Notes: generated by a model not told the origin, from the sequence alone. DNA of 64,000 nucleotides from Planctomycetota bacterium (GCA_040755855.1 JBFMAD010000005.1:177549-241548); one strand, 5' to 3'; numbered from the stretch's first letter, positions 38,542-47,711 are shown. A program made the numbers and translations.

Positions 38542-40557
38542 TCATCGCGGGACCGGCGCCGCCGGTTTCTTGTCCTCCTCGGGCTGGGCGGCCGGGGGAG
38601 GGGGTGTAAACACTTTGAAGCTGCCGACAATTTGCTCAAACCCCTGAGATCGGGCGTCGTATACCTCCATCGGTGCGACGCACATGATTACGTAAGTCCG
38701 CATCGCCGTGGGCAATACGACCTGACGAGCCTTCACCGCCCGCTCGTCTTTGACGCCCGTGAACAGGAGTTCATATGCCTGGATGTCGTTGATCGGCCTG
38801 CGACCGGACTGGATCTTCTTGAACTGCTGGAACTGCAGGCCGTACATTCCCTCCAACATGGGCATCCACATCTCGAGCGGCTCCATCCCGAATGGAAAAC
38901 TGACGACTGTTACGATGGCCGAGGCGTCCTTATCGGTTATGGCCACGGCGAGCATGGGCACCGGCAGGTCCGTGGCGAACGACCACCCCGGCGGATGTGA
39001 AATCTCGAAGCCCTGCGCCGACTCGATGAAGCGTCGCCCGACGATGCGTCCCGCGGACTTCTGGGACCCGGCGAACTGCTGCGTCATCGTCCTTAGGTCC
39101 TGGCCCTTCATGCCGAGCTGTTTGGCCACGTCATCATAGGCCTTGTCAACGGTCTTCTCGTCAACCTTCAACCGAACTTGTTCCTGGGCGGGTTCCTCAT
39201 CGGGAACTTTCTGAACCGCTGCACGCGGCGCCTCGATGCGGGCCTCCTTGAAGGGCGTTGCGGACCGCTCCGCGCCCCAGGCCGCCTCGCGCAGGAGGTG
39301 GGCCTTGCCCGCGGGAAATCCGTCCAGCACAAGCACGTCGCATCCCTTGCGTTGAATCAGGGCATATCCCTGTTTGGGGACCTGCCACGTCCAGAGCGTC
39401 AGCACATCCGACTCGATCAACCTCGCATCGGGATGCTTCTTGGCGAGTATGGTCCTGCCGACGTCGAAGAACTCGGTGGCGTCCTTCTCCGTGTCCCATG
39501 TGGAGAGCCAGGCGATGAACACCTGCCCCGTATTGGCTCGCTCGTATGCGGCATATTGATCGCCATCCCAGCCCGATGCCGCCACACCTGCGATGGGGGC
39601 GAGGTCGAAGGTCTCGCAAAGGACCTGAATATTCAACTCGCCCAGAACGTTGGCAATGACATACTTCCACTCTGGTCCGAGGATCGGCGCCAGATCGGGC
39701 AATCGAATGAAAACCGGATCGTCCCGCTCCGTGGAGTATTTCTCCGGATGGAGAATCTGCTCGCTGGAGGTGGGGGGGGAGCGGAACGCCTCGTTCAGTT
39801 TCTCCATGCCGCCGAAACGCTTCAAATGGTTCACGAAGGCAAGGCCATTGCTATAGGGAAAGAGGAGATTGCGCTGCAGGTAGAGGGGGGCCTTCTTGAA
39901 CGATTCGGTTTCCTTCGCGCCCACATCGGCGAGCCTGGCCAGTTCGGCCATGTCCTCCGCGTTTCGGAGCATCACCTCCTGGACATAGCGATACATCACC
40001 TCTGTCGCGTCGCCCTCTATCACGGCGAGGGAGGCGATGGCGAGATCGTCGCTTACCTTATCTTCTATCGCCATGCGGGCCAGGTTGAAATTCTGATCCT
40101 GCAGGCTGTGCGTCATCTCGTGGGAGAGGGCGACGCTCTGAAATCCGCGGGACATATCGCGCATCAGGAAGAGCTGCTTGCGCTTGTGGTCGTAAAACCC
40201 GCCGATATTGGCCGTCAGAAAATCAACGAGCGTCTTCTCCAGTTTCGTCCCCTTGGGCAGGAGGCCGAAGTGAATCAGCGCCTTTTCGAAGGCCGCAAGC
40301 CGCTCGGGGGGCATGTCCTCGTGCATCTGTTTGATGATGAAGTCGCGGAGCGCCTCCCGGCTCTTGATCCCCTTTTCAACAGGCTTCTGGAACTTCAGCT
40401 CTCGCAGCCGTTCCACGTCCGCAGTCATTCGCTCGGTCAGTTGGCGGAGCTCAGCGTCGGTGAAGTGACGTTCCGCCGGGGGCTTTTCCTGGGCAAGGGA
40501 AAGAAACGAGAAGGCCGTGACGACTACGGCAGCAAATGCAACGGCGCGCCTTTTCAT
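38542..40557 (-). CDS. Secreted zinc metallopeptidase-like protein with C-terminal PsbP-like domain
   Basis: Signal peptide MKRRAVAFAAVVVTAFSFLSLA; GGFYD, HEMTHSLQDQ, EGDA, FPY..G, PP.SSEQILHPEKY, GWDGD. Confidence 0.8.
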   Translation of the reverse strand: MKRRAVAFAAVVVTAFSFLSLAQEKPPAERHFTDAELRQLTERMTADVERLRELKFQKPVEKGIKSREALRDFIIKQMHEDMPPERLAAFEKALIHFGLLPKGTKLEKTLVDFLTANIGGFYDHKRKQLFLMRDMSRGFQSVALSHEMTHSLQDQNFNLARMAIEDKVSDDLAIASLAVIEGDATEVMYRYVQEVMLRNAEDMAELARLADVGAKETESFKKAPLYLQRNLLFPYSNGLAFVNHLKRFGGMEKLNEAFRSPPTSSEQILHPEKYSTERDDPVFIRLPDLAPILGPEWKYVIANVLGELNIQVLCETFDLAPIAGVAASGWDGDQYAAYERANTGQVFIAWLSTWDTEKDATEFFDVGRTILAKKHPDARLIESDVLTLWTWQVPKQGYALIQRKGCDVLVLDGFPAGKAHLLREAAWGAERSATPFKEARIEAPRAAVQKVPDEEPAQEQVRLKVDEKTVDKAYDDVAKQLGMKGQDLRTMTQQFAGSQKSAGRIVGRRFIESAQGFEISHPPGWSFATDLPVPMLAVAITDKDASAIVTVVSFPFGMEPLEMWMPMLEGMYGLQFQQFKKIQSGRRPINDIQAYELLFTGVKDERAVKARQVVLPTAMRTYVIMCVAPMEVYDARSQGFEQIVGSFKVFTPPPPAAQPEEDKKPAAPVPR

Positions 40558-42503
40558 AACCGTTCTCCTCGCGTGCAGGCCATCAGCTCGCGCTCCACCG
40601 ATGGGAACTGCTCGATCTTGGTGTGGGGCAGGAAAGAGGCCGACACGAACTCCTCCATGAAACGATTGTTGCCCATGAGGTCGAGGTAGGTCATCTGGCG
40701 GGCGATCTTTTCGATCGTCTCGAATGCCTCGTTCGAGAGTAGGGCCATCTTGGCCCCGGTCGCCGCCGTGTTGCCGACGAAGCGGATGTGCTCCGTCGGG
40801 ATGTCGGGCAACATGCCGATGCGGATCGCGTTGCGCACGTTCAGGTAATTCCCGAAGCCGCCGGCGAGATAGACCTGGTTGATCTGATCCACGCTCATAT
40901 TGATGGATTCGAGCTGAACTGCCAGGGCGGCATAGACCGCCGCCTTCGACCGGATCAGGTGCTCGATGTCGTGCTGCGTGATTACGATGTCGGAATCGGT
41001 CCCGCTGTCCTTCCTGGGGACGATGAGGTATTCCCACACGCCGTCGCGCTGCCGCACTCGGCGGCTGCTGGACTCGCTGGAAATGGCGCCGGAGCGGTCA
41101 ATGACGCCGGCGCAGAGCATTTCGGCGATGCAGTCGAGCAGCCCCGAACCGCAGAGGCCCTTGGGTTTGCGGTTGCCGATGGTTTGATACTCCACCTCGT
41201 CGCCGGGCAGGATGCGGAGGGCTTCTATCGCCCCCGCTGCCGCCCGCATCCCGTGCGTCACGCCCTGCCCCTCGAAGGCCGGGCCGGCGGACGCCGAGCA
41301 GCAGATCATCCAGTCCTTGTTGCCGAGGACCACCTCGCCGTTTGTGCCGATGTCAATGAAGAGGCATGTCTGCTCTGCCTGGTCGAGGCGGATGGCGGCG
41401 GCGCCGGCGGTGATGTCGCTGCCGACATAGGCGGCGACGCTCGGCAGGCAATAGAGAAGGCCGCGGTAATTGATTCGGATACCCACCTCGGCGGCGCGGA
41501 TCGGCGGCACGAAGTTGGCTGTCGGGATGTACGGCTCGCATCGGATTCGGGTCGAATCAAGCCCGAGCAGGAAATGGATCATGGCCGTATTGCCGGCGCA
41601 GACGATGGCGGTAATGTCGCCGATATGGACCTTCTTTTCCTCGACGAACGCCTGGATCAGCTCGTTGATGTCGTCCACGATCGTCTGCTGCATAACGTCA
41701 AAGGCGTTGTTCTGCGCGGCGTACATGATGCGTTTGATGTAGTCCTCGCCGAAGCGCGCCTGGGAGTTGTACTTGGCGTGCGAGTCAATGGCCTGCGACG
41801 TCTCGAGGTCAACGAGGTAGGCGACGACGGTGGTGGTGCCGATGTCCACGGCGACGCCGAAATTGCGCTGGCTGGTGTCGCCGGCTTCAATCTGCACCAT
41901 CTCGGCGATGCTTCGGCGGCGTGCGATGGTGGCCGTTATCTTCCAATCGTTTTCCCGCAGGATGGTCGGCATCCGACGGAGGATTTGATACCCCGTCTGC
42001 ATCTCGATGTTGCCCTCGATCCGGCGGATGGCCTCATAAACGCGCTCATGGTCGGCGGTCGGGTCCTGCATGGTCGGGGGGGCGAGCTCGAGGTATACCT
42101 TTTTAATAAGCGGGTCGTGGCGAAAGAACAGGTCCTCTCGCGTAACCGAGACCAGTGCTCCGAATCGCTCGCCGTCTTCATCGAGGAGTATCTTGCCTCC
42201 CTCGACGCGCGTTTCCTCCGGGACGAGGACGTGGAGGTCGCTTTCGATCTTGGCCATACATGCGAGGACGTAATTCTTCTGCACTTCCTCGCGGGTGAGC
42301 AGGGCGGTGGGCTCGGAGGATATTTCGCCTCTTTGAACGATGACCTTGCACTTCCCACAGATGCCGTCGCCGCCGCAGATGCTGTTGATATAGACCTTGG
42401 CCTTCTGTGCGGCGGCCAGGATCGTCTCGCCCCTGGGGATCTCCACCTGCACATCATCGGGCAGAAAACGTACTTTGCACATGCCGCCGGCGGAGTCGGT
42501 CAT
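40554..42503 (-). CDS. acsV: Corrinoid activation/regeneration protein (2Fe-2S plus ASKHA/RACo)
   Basis: CGGDGICGKC...LAC, DIGTTT, DIGTNGE, AGPAFEG, GLCGSG, LAGGFG. Confidence 0.93.
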   Translation of the reverse strand: MTDSAGGMCKVRFLPDDVQVEIPRGETILAAAQKAKVYINSICGGDGICGKCKVIVQRGEISSEPTALLTREEVQKNYVLACMAKIESDLHVLVPEETRVEGGKILLDEDGERFGALVSVTREDLFFRHDPLIKKVYLELAPPTMQDPTADHERVYEAIRRIEGNIEMQTGYQILRRMPTILRENDWKITATIARRRSIAEMVQIEAGDTSQRNFGVAVDIGTTTVVAYLVDLETSQAIDSHAKYNSQARFGEDYIKRIMYAAQNNAFDVMQQTIVDDINELIQAFVEEKKVHIGDITAIVCAGNTAMIHFLLGLDSTRIRCEPYIPTANFVPPIRAAEVGIRINYRGLLYCLPSVAAYVGSDITAGAAAIRLDQAEQTCLFIDIGTNGEVVLGNKDWMICCSASAGPAFEGQGVTHGMRAAAGAIEALRILPGDEVEYQTIGNRKPKGLCGSGLLDCIAEMLCAGVIDRSGAISSESSSRRVRQRDGVWEYLIVPRKDSGTDSDIVITQHDIEHLIRSKAAVYAALAVQLESINMSVDQINQVYLAGGFGNYLNVRNAIRIGMLPDIPTEHIRFVGNTAATGAKMALLSNEAFETIEKIARQMTYLDLMGNNRFMEEFVSASFLPHTKIEQFPSVERELMACTRGERL

Positions 42504-42584
42504 TGCTTTTGTTTCAATCCACAGTCCCGCAGTGGCAGCGCCCATTGCCCCGCAGGAATGATGCCGCGGATTCTTTCTGTTCTC

Positions 42585-43916
42585 TTACGTCCACACCTGC
42601 TTCAGGTAGGCCGGAATGACGGAGGATTCCTTTGGACCGACCATGATCTGCCAGCCCGTTTCCTCCTCCAGCTTGCCTGACATGACGGCCACATGGCCGG
42701 GTATGATAAGCTTCCGATGCTTGACAACCTGGTCGAGTTTTGCGTTTTGCATGGCCTTGTGGACGACTTTTTCGTTCAGCTTGTCGCCGGAGTAGGCCGT
42801 GAGGACGGAGGTGCCCTCTGTGTCAACGGCTAAGATATAACTCGGTATCCGGCTCGCCTCTACGTCGCTCTCTACGCTGAAGTAGGTCAACGAGAAGTTC
42901 GTCGTGAACATCACGGGGGAGTTCTCGTTCACATCGCCGATGGAGTAGAGCTTCGGCTCCACCTGGATCGGCTTCTGGGGATCGGTGTAGATGTTCATCC
43001 GGGCCGTGAGGATGGGAAGGATTTGCCAGGGCTCAGTCACATTCACGACCACGATCCCTGCGTACTTGAGCACAAAGGTGCTCGCCTCCAACGTCTGCTG
43101 GTAGGGATCGTCCGTCTGGACAAACGCAATTGCCGGATAGCCAAGCGGCCTGAAGGTCTTCTTGAGGGCGGCGCGGCGCGCCTTGGTGAGCTTCTGCAGG
43201 GCCGACTTCAGGTCGCCGCTCAGGTCAATGACGATGTCCTCCACCCCGGCGGCCTTTGCCTTCTCGGTCAGATCGGCGATCTCCTCGAGCGATCCGGCCT
43301 TGACGGCGATGGGGCACTTGGCCTCCTTGGCCAGCTTGGCCATGGCGTCAACGTTTTGCGCCGTGGCGGCATGGAGGAGCGGGCGCTGCGCTCCCACCTC
43401 GGCGATGGCGGCCTTGATGTTCGCCGCGTTATCGCTGGAGAGGATTAGAAGCATTTCCGCGCCCGCCGCGGTCTTGGCGGCCTTGGCAAAGGCATCGGCC
43501 TTGCCGCTCTTGTTCATCACGGCGATGAGGTTCACGGCGATGTCCGTTCCCACGCGGGTGAACTTCAGATTCTTGATGCGTTCGATGCGCTCCTTTAGGG
43601 CCTCGTCGGCCAGGTCGTCGGCGACTGTCACTGCGACGCCGCAGGGCCGGTGGAACTTTTCGTCATGCCTGAAGAGCTGGGTTTCCTGGCCGATGCTGAG
43701 CTTCTTCGCGTCGGGGCCGATGTCCACCAGGCGGATAGGAGGCGCGGCGGCGCCGGCGAGTTTTTCCTTTGCCTCCGCGCTGATGTCAGGGCACTTGTCG
43801 AGTTCGATCTTCTTTTGCGCCAGATTCATGGCGAAGGCAAGGCAGGTCGGCTGCCCGCACTTCTTGCAGTTTGTTTTGGGCAACAACTTGAAGATGTCAA
43901 GGCCAGTCAGTCCCAT
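42585..43916 (-). CDS. acsC: Corrinoid Fe-S protein large subunit (gamma)
   Basis: LPKTNCKKCGQPTCLAFA...CP, IYTDPQKP, TTNFSLTYF, SVLTA. Confidence 0.96.
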   Translation of the reverse strand: MGLTGLDIFKLLPKTNCKKCGQPTCLAFAMNLAQKKIELDKCPDISAEAKEKLAGAAAPPIRLVDIGPDAKKLSIGQETQLFRHDEKFHRPCGVAVTVADDLADEALKERIERIKNLKFTRVGTDIAVNLIAVMNKSGKADAFAKAAKTAAGAEMLLILSSDNAANIKAAIAEVGAQRPLLHAATAQNVDAMAKLAKEAKCPIAVKAGSLEEIADLTEKAKAAGVEDIVIDLSGDLKSALQKLTKARRAALKKTFRPLGYPAIAFVQTDDPYQQTLEASTFVLKYAGIVVVNVTEPWQILPILTARMNIYTDPQKPIQVEPKLYSIGDVNENSPVMFTTNFSLTYFSVESDVEASRIPSYILAVDTEGTSVLTAYSGDKLNEKVVHKAMQNAKLDQVVKHRKLIIPGHVAVMSGKLEEETGWQIMVGPKESSVIPAYLKQVWT

Positions 43917-43952
43917 AAAACCACCTCCTTGAAACAGAAAGCCGACGTATGG

Positions 43953-44549
43953 TCAAAGTTCGTCGGCGGTTGTAATTATCTTGTTGATGAGTCCATACGT
44001 CAGGGCTTCCTGGGCGGACATCCAATAGTTGCGTTTTGTGTCGTTCTCCACCTTCGTGATGTCCTGCCCCGTCTCCCGGGCGATCAACTGGTTGATCTTG
44101 GTGCGGAACTTCAGGATTTCCGATGCCTCGATCTCGATGTCTGCCGCGGCGCCGCGCACGGACGTCGAGGGCTGGTGGATCAGCAGGCGGGCGTTCGGCA
44201 GGGCGTACCGATGGCCTTTCTCGCCCGCCAGCAGGACGATCACCGCCGCGCTTGCCGTGAGGCCGGCGCAGATCGTCTGCACCGTGGGCTTGACGAAATG
44301 GATCATGTCATAGATGGCGAATCCCGCGTCCGCGTCGCCGCCGGGCGAGTTGATGATCATTCGGATCTTCTCGTTCGGGTCATCCGCTTCGAGGATCATG
44401 AGCTGGGTGATCACCTTTCGGGCGAGGTCCTTGTCAAAGTCGTCGGCGAGGACGATCGTCCGTGTCTTTAACATCCGAAGGAACAGGCCCTCGTCGCCCT
44501 CCTTCTTTGCGTCCTCGTCGTTCTTCTTGGCTAACTGATCTAAATCCAT
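43953..44549 (-). CDS. clpP: ATP-dependent Clp protease proteolytic subunit (ClpP paralog)
   Basis: INSPGG, GFAIYD, GLTASAA (Ser), IHQP (His), KRNYWMSA.EA..YGL. Confidence 0.93.
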   Translation of the reverse strand: MDLDQLAKKNDEDAKKEGDEGLFLRMLKTRTIVLADDFDKDLARKVITQLMILEADDPNEKIRMIINSPGGDADAGFAIYDMIHFVKPTVQTICAGLTASAAVIVLLAGEKGHRYALPNARLLIHQPSTSVRGAAADIEIEASEILKFRTKINQLIARETGQDITKVENDTKRNYWMSAQEALTYGLINKIITTADEL

Positions 44550-44567
44550 GTCCCTCGTCTTGGCTCC

Positions 44568-46748
44568 TTAGAACATCGGGTCCATAGTTAACGCCGGGTG
44601 ATTGACCTTCGCGCAGAAGGCGGCCACCTCTTCCTCGGTGGACCCCACAGTCTCATCCGCGATCTTATTATAGAAATCCTCCAGGCCCAACTCCTTGGCC
44701 CGTTTCTCGATAAGGTCCTTCAACTCCTCTTTGAGCCGCTTGGGCAGCCAGCAGATTCGCGCCATGCCGCCGTCGGCGGATATGAACTTCTTGCTGCCGA
44801 TGTACTGCTTGCTATGGCCGACGAACCCCGGCGTCTGCAATCCGCCGCCCACGCTGCCCGCCAGCGTCGAGAACTTCATGCCGCACGGCGTCATCTCCGG
44901 ATGGTCGCGGTCCACCGTCATAATCCCGTTGGCGCTCGGCAGCATAACGGAGATGCACTCGAAGCAACCGCACGAGGTCATCGGGTCAATCATCATGCTG
45001 TAGGCGCTGAACTTTTCCAGCGTGCCGCGCGAGTTGGACTTCACAAATTCGTTGACCTTTTCCCACTGCCCCAACTTCGGGTCGAGGACGCGCCCCTTGT
45101 CCACCGGTTGGTTGGGGCCGGTGGGGGTGATTTCGTAGGCCGCGCGACCGTCCAGCCAGTTGTAGGCCCCGCACAGGCCCGGACGCTCCGGCGTGATGAT
45201 GCATACGTGATTCGGCGCAAAGGACTGGCACAGCGTGCAGGAGTAATAGATGTCAACGGACTCGTCCGTCATGCCCGCCAGCCGTGCGTCGCGCTCATGG
45301 AAGACCTTCCGGGCCTCCTCGCGCAAGCGGACCACGTCCTCTTCCTTCGTATAGATCTTCACCTGCACCTTGTCCACGATTGCCCCATACTCCTCGTGCA
45401 GCTTGGCATGGAGGATCACGCCGAAATGTCGTATTTTCAAGCCGGCCTTCTTGCCGTCTTTGCTGATCCGAATCCAGTTCACGTCGCGCTGGCCCATGTG
45501 AAAGATGCCCTGGGCCTCGTTGAGGAAGCGGTGAATCTGCCGCTCCAGAATCGGCTCGAAATCGCTCTGCATCTTGCGCCCGGCCACCTCCACAACGAGG
45601 CCGAGGGGCAGGCGGTCGCCTTCCTTGATATCGTCAATCTCGGGGCCGATCACCTCCACGAGTCCGTCCTGCACCTGGTCGGTGGGTTTGCTCGTGGCGA
45701 ATTCGAAGGCGGGGGTCTTGGTCCCGCCCATCTCGGTGAACATGTCCTCCTTGCGGATGCGCTCGCCCTCGAAGGCGGGGCCGAAGGGGACCGGAACGTC
45801 CACATGCGAGATCTTGATCTTGAGGCCGCGCACCTCGATGGCCTTCTCCACCAGATTCGGCGTGGGGATGTTGGAGACCACGTGCTCGTAGGTGCAAACG
45901 CCGGTGGGCAGGATCTCCGGAATATCGGTGTTCGCAATCGTCGGGAAGCCGTAGTTGATGGCCCCCGCCGCGTTGGCGTACTTCTCGTCGTCCACCTCGC
46001 CAAGGGCGAGGACGAAGGCGAAGATGCGGAGCTTGTTGTAGCGCAGGTTGCGGGCGAAGTCGCCCGCCTGGACGCCGCCGAAGGACAGGGCGGCGCGGGT
46101 GGCAAAACCGAGGGAGTAGATCGTGGCCTCAATGTGCTTTCCAAAGGGAACGAGCCGCGTTTCCCACCCCATCTGAACGCCTTCGGCGGCCAGTTGCTCA
46201 GCCATGGACTTGCCGTGTGTGTCGGCGGACATAAAGACATAGAGGCTCTTCTGCTGTAGTTCCCGCGCCAGGTTCACGGCCAGCTCATTCGTCTCACACG
46301 CGCCCACGCAGGCGGCAAAGCCGGGGGCGGTGCCGTCCACGAACTCGATGCCTCGTTCGCGCATGATGACATCGTCGGCGGCGCCGAGCCAGATGCCTTC
46401 CACGGGAGTTGGCCCGAGGGCGTATTTACAACCTTCGATAATTTCTTCTGCAAAGAGCGTAGCCATCCCCGCGTCCAACGCGTGGCCAAGATAGGGGACC
46501 CAGGTCTTCTCGGCGGGGATAGGGGGGAGGAGGGCCTTCGCTCGATGGAGGATCGGTTTCATTTGGCCGAGGGTCTCGACGGCCTCTCCGGTCATGCCGT
46601 AAATGACGGGCAGATAGTAGCCCGTGTTGGGGAATTCGACCTTGTGGCTTTCGCCCTTGGATGCGATCGCTTCGGCCAGTTTCCCTTCGGCGCGCGCGAC
46701 AATTTTATGCGCGCCGCGAATCGCTGCGGAACAAATGATCTTCGACAT
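44568..46748 (-). CDS. acsB: Acetyl-CoA synthase (bacterial AcsB, full length)
   Basis: FPNTGYYLP, CTLCQSFAPNHVC, GLCGA, PMTSCGCFE A-cluster ligands. Confidence 0.97.
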   Translation of the reverse strand: MSKIICSAAIRGAHKIVARAEGKLAEAIASKGESHKVEFPNTGYYLPVIYGMTGEAVETLGQMKPILHRAKALLPPIPAEKTWVPYLGHALDAGMATLFAEEIIEGCKYALGPTPVEGIWLGAADDVIMRERGIEFVDGTAPGFAACVGACETNELAVNLARELQQKSLYVFMSADTHGKSMAEQLAAEGVQMGWETRLVPFGKHIEATIYSLGFATRAALSFGGVQAGDFARNLRYNKLRIFAFVLALGEVDDEKYANAAGAINYGFPTIANTDIPEILPTGVCTYEHVVSNIPTPNLVEKAIEVRGLKIKISHVDVPVPFGPAFEGERIRKEDMFTEMGGTKTPAFEFATSKPTDQVQDGLVEVIGPEIDDIKEGDRLPLGLVVEVAGRKMQSDFEPILERQIHRFLNEAQGIFHMGQRDVNWIRISKDGKKAGLKIRHFGVILHAKLHEEYGAIVDKVQVKIYTKEEDVVRLREEARKVFHERDARLAGMTDESVDIYYSCTLCQSFAPNHVCIITPERPGLCGAYNWLDGRAAYEITPTGPNQPVDKGRVLDPKLGQWEKVNEFVKSNSRGTLEKFSAYSMMIDPMTSCGCFECISVMLPSANGIMTVDRDHPEMTPCGMKFSTLAGSVGGGLQTPGFVGHSKQYIGSKKFISADGGMARICWLPKRLKEELKDLIEKRAKELGLEDFYNKIADETVGSTEEEVAAFCAKVNHPALTMDPMF

Positions 46749-46794
46749 CCAACTACCTCCGAACTATGCAATCACCTATATCGGACTGCCCCCG

Positions 46795-47574
46795 CTATGC
46801 TTCCGTGTCAAGGAATTCCCCCAGATTCTCTCGGATGATCCGCACCTCCTTGACGATCTTCGGGTCGCTCTCGTAGGAGGGCTGACCGGCAAGGTCCGCG
46901 CGGATCAGATTCTCGCTATAGGACATCGCCCCGAGAAGGGGCACGTCATCCAGCTCGGTCCGCATGAATTCCAGATGGGCCGGCTCCTGCACCTTGTTGC
47001 CCACCGCGGCTATGCGCTTGATGCCCAGGTCGGCCCCCAGAGAGCGCACCTCGTGTGCAGTTTGCACGCTGCGTCGGCCCGGTTCCACCACCACAAGGAG
47101 CGCATCCACCGCCTGGACCGTCGCGCGGCCGAGGTGCTCGATGCCCGCTTCCATGTCCACAAGGACATCTTCATTGCGATGGAGGATTAGATGGGTCAGA
47201 AGGGCCTTCAGGAAGACGTTCTCGGGGCATGCGCACCCGCCGCCTCCCCTGTATACCCCACCCAGCACCATCAACCGGACGCCTGCTTGCTCCACCGAGA
47301 ATTTTTCGGGCAGGTCCGAAACGCTCGGGTTCATCTTGAAGAACTTGCCGTAGCCTTCCGGACTGGCGCCCGTCCGCTCGGCGATCAGGTCCCTCATTTG
47401 CCCGATAGGCGTCAGGTTCGCGTCGGCGGGAACACCGAGTGCAGAGGCCAGGTTGGCGTCCGGGTCTGCGTCAATCGCAATCGCTATTCTGCCCTCTTCG
47501 GCAAGGATACGGGCCAGGATTGCTACAAACGTCGTCTTCCCGACTCCCCCCTTACCTGAAACGGCAATTTTCAT
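46795..47574 (-). CDS. cooC: CooC nickel-insertion ATPase
   Basis: SGKGGVGKTT, IDADPD, GGGCACPEN, DMEAGIEHLGR. Confidence 0.92.
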   Translation of the reverse strand: MKIAVSGKGGVGKTTFVAILARILAEEGRIAIAIDADPDANLASALGVPADANLTPIGQMRDLIAERTGASPEGYGKFFKMNPSVSDLPEKFSVEQAGVRLMVLGGVYRGGGGCACPENVFLKALLTHLILHRNEDVLVDMEAGIEHLGRATVQAVDALLVVVEPGRRSVQTAHEVRSLGADLGIKRIAAVGNKVQEPAHLEFMRTELDDVPLLGAMSYSENLIRADLAGQPSYESDPKIVKEVRIIRENLGEFLDTEA

Positions 47575-47616
47575 CGCGCCTGTGTGCTTTCCCGGGCCGT
47601 GATCCCTATCTATTGT

Positions 47617-47646
47617 AAACTAACACACATCGCTTTTGAGTGTCAA
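47617..47646 (-). promoter_or_regulatory. Putative promoter of the acs cluster
   Basis: TTGACA followed at 18 nt by TAGTTT in an AT-rich intergenic region. Confidence 0.4.
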
Positions 47647-47711
47647 CAGAAATTGACGGCAAAATCGTAACGAATTTCACAATGTCGCCCCACGCACCCG
47701 AATCTGTTTCT

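Noticed and set aside
40558..41037. N-terminal 160 aa of the 831-aa ORF call (38542-41037)
   Set aside because: It overlaps acsV in another frame. The real start is the ATG at 40557, which begins a signal peptide and overlaps the acsV stop.
40788..42680. 630-aa plus-strand ORF, and similar long ORFs at 44598-46259, 39178-40689, 32423-33946, 19216-20490, 26530-27759 and 29768-30880
   Set aside because: Antisense shadows of well-supported genes. High-GC codon bias suppresses stops on the opposite strand, and they have no recognisable motifs.
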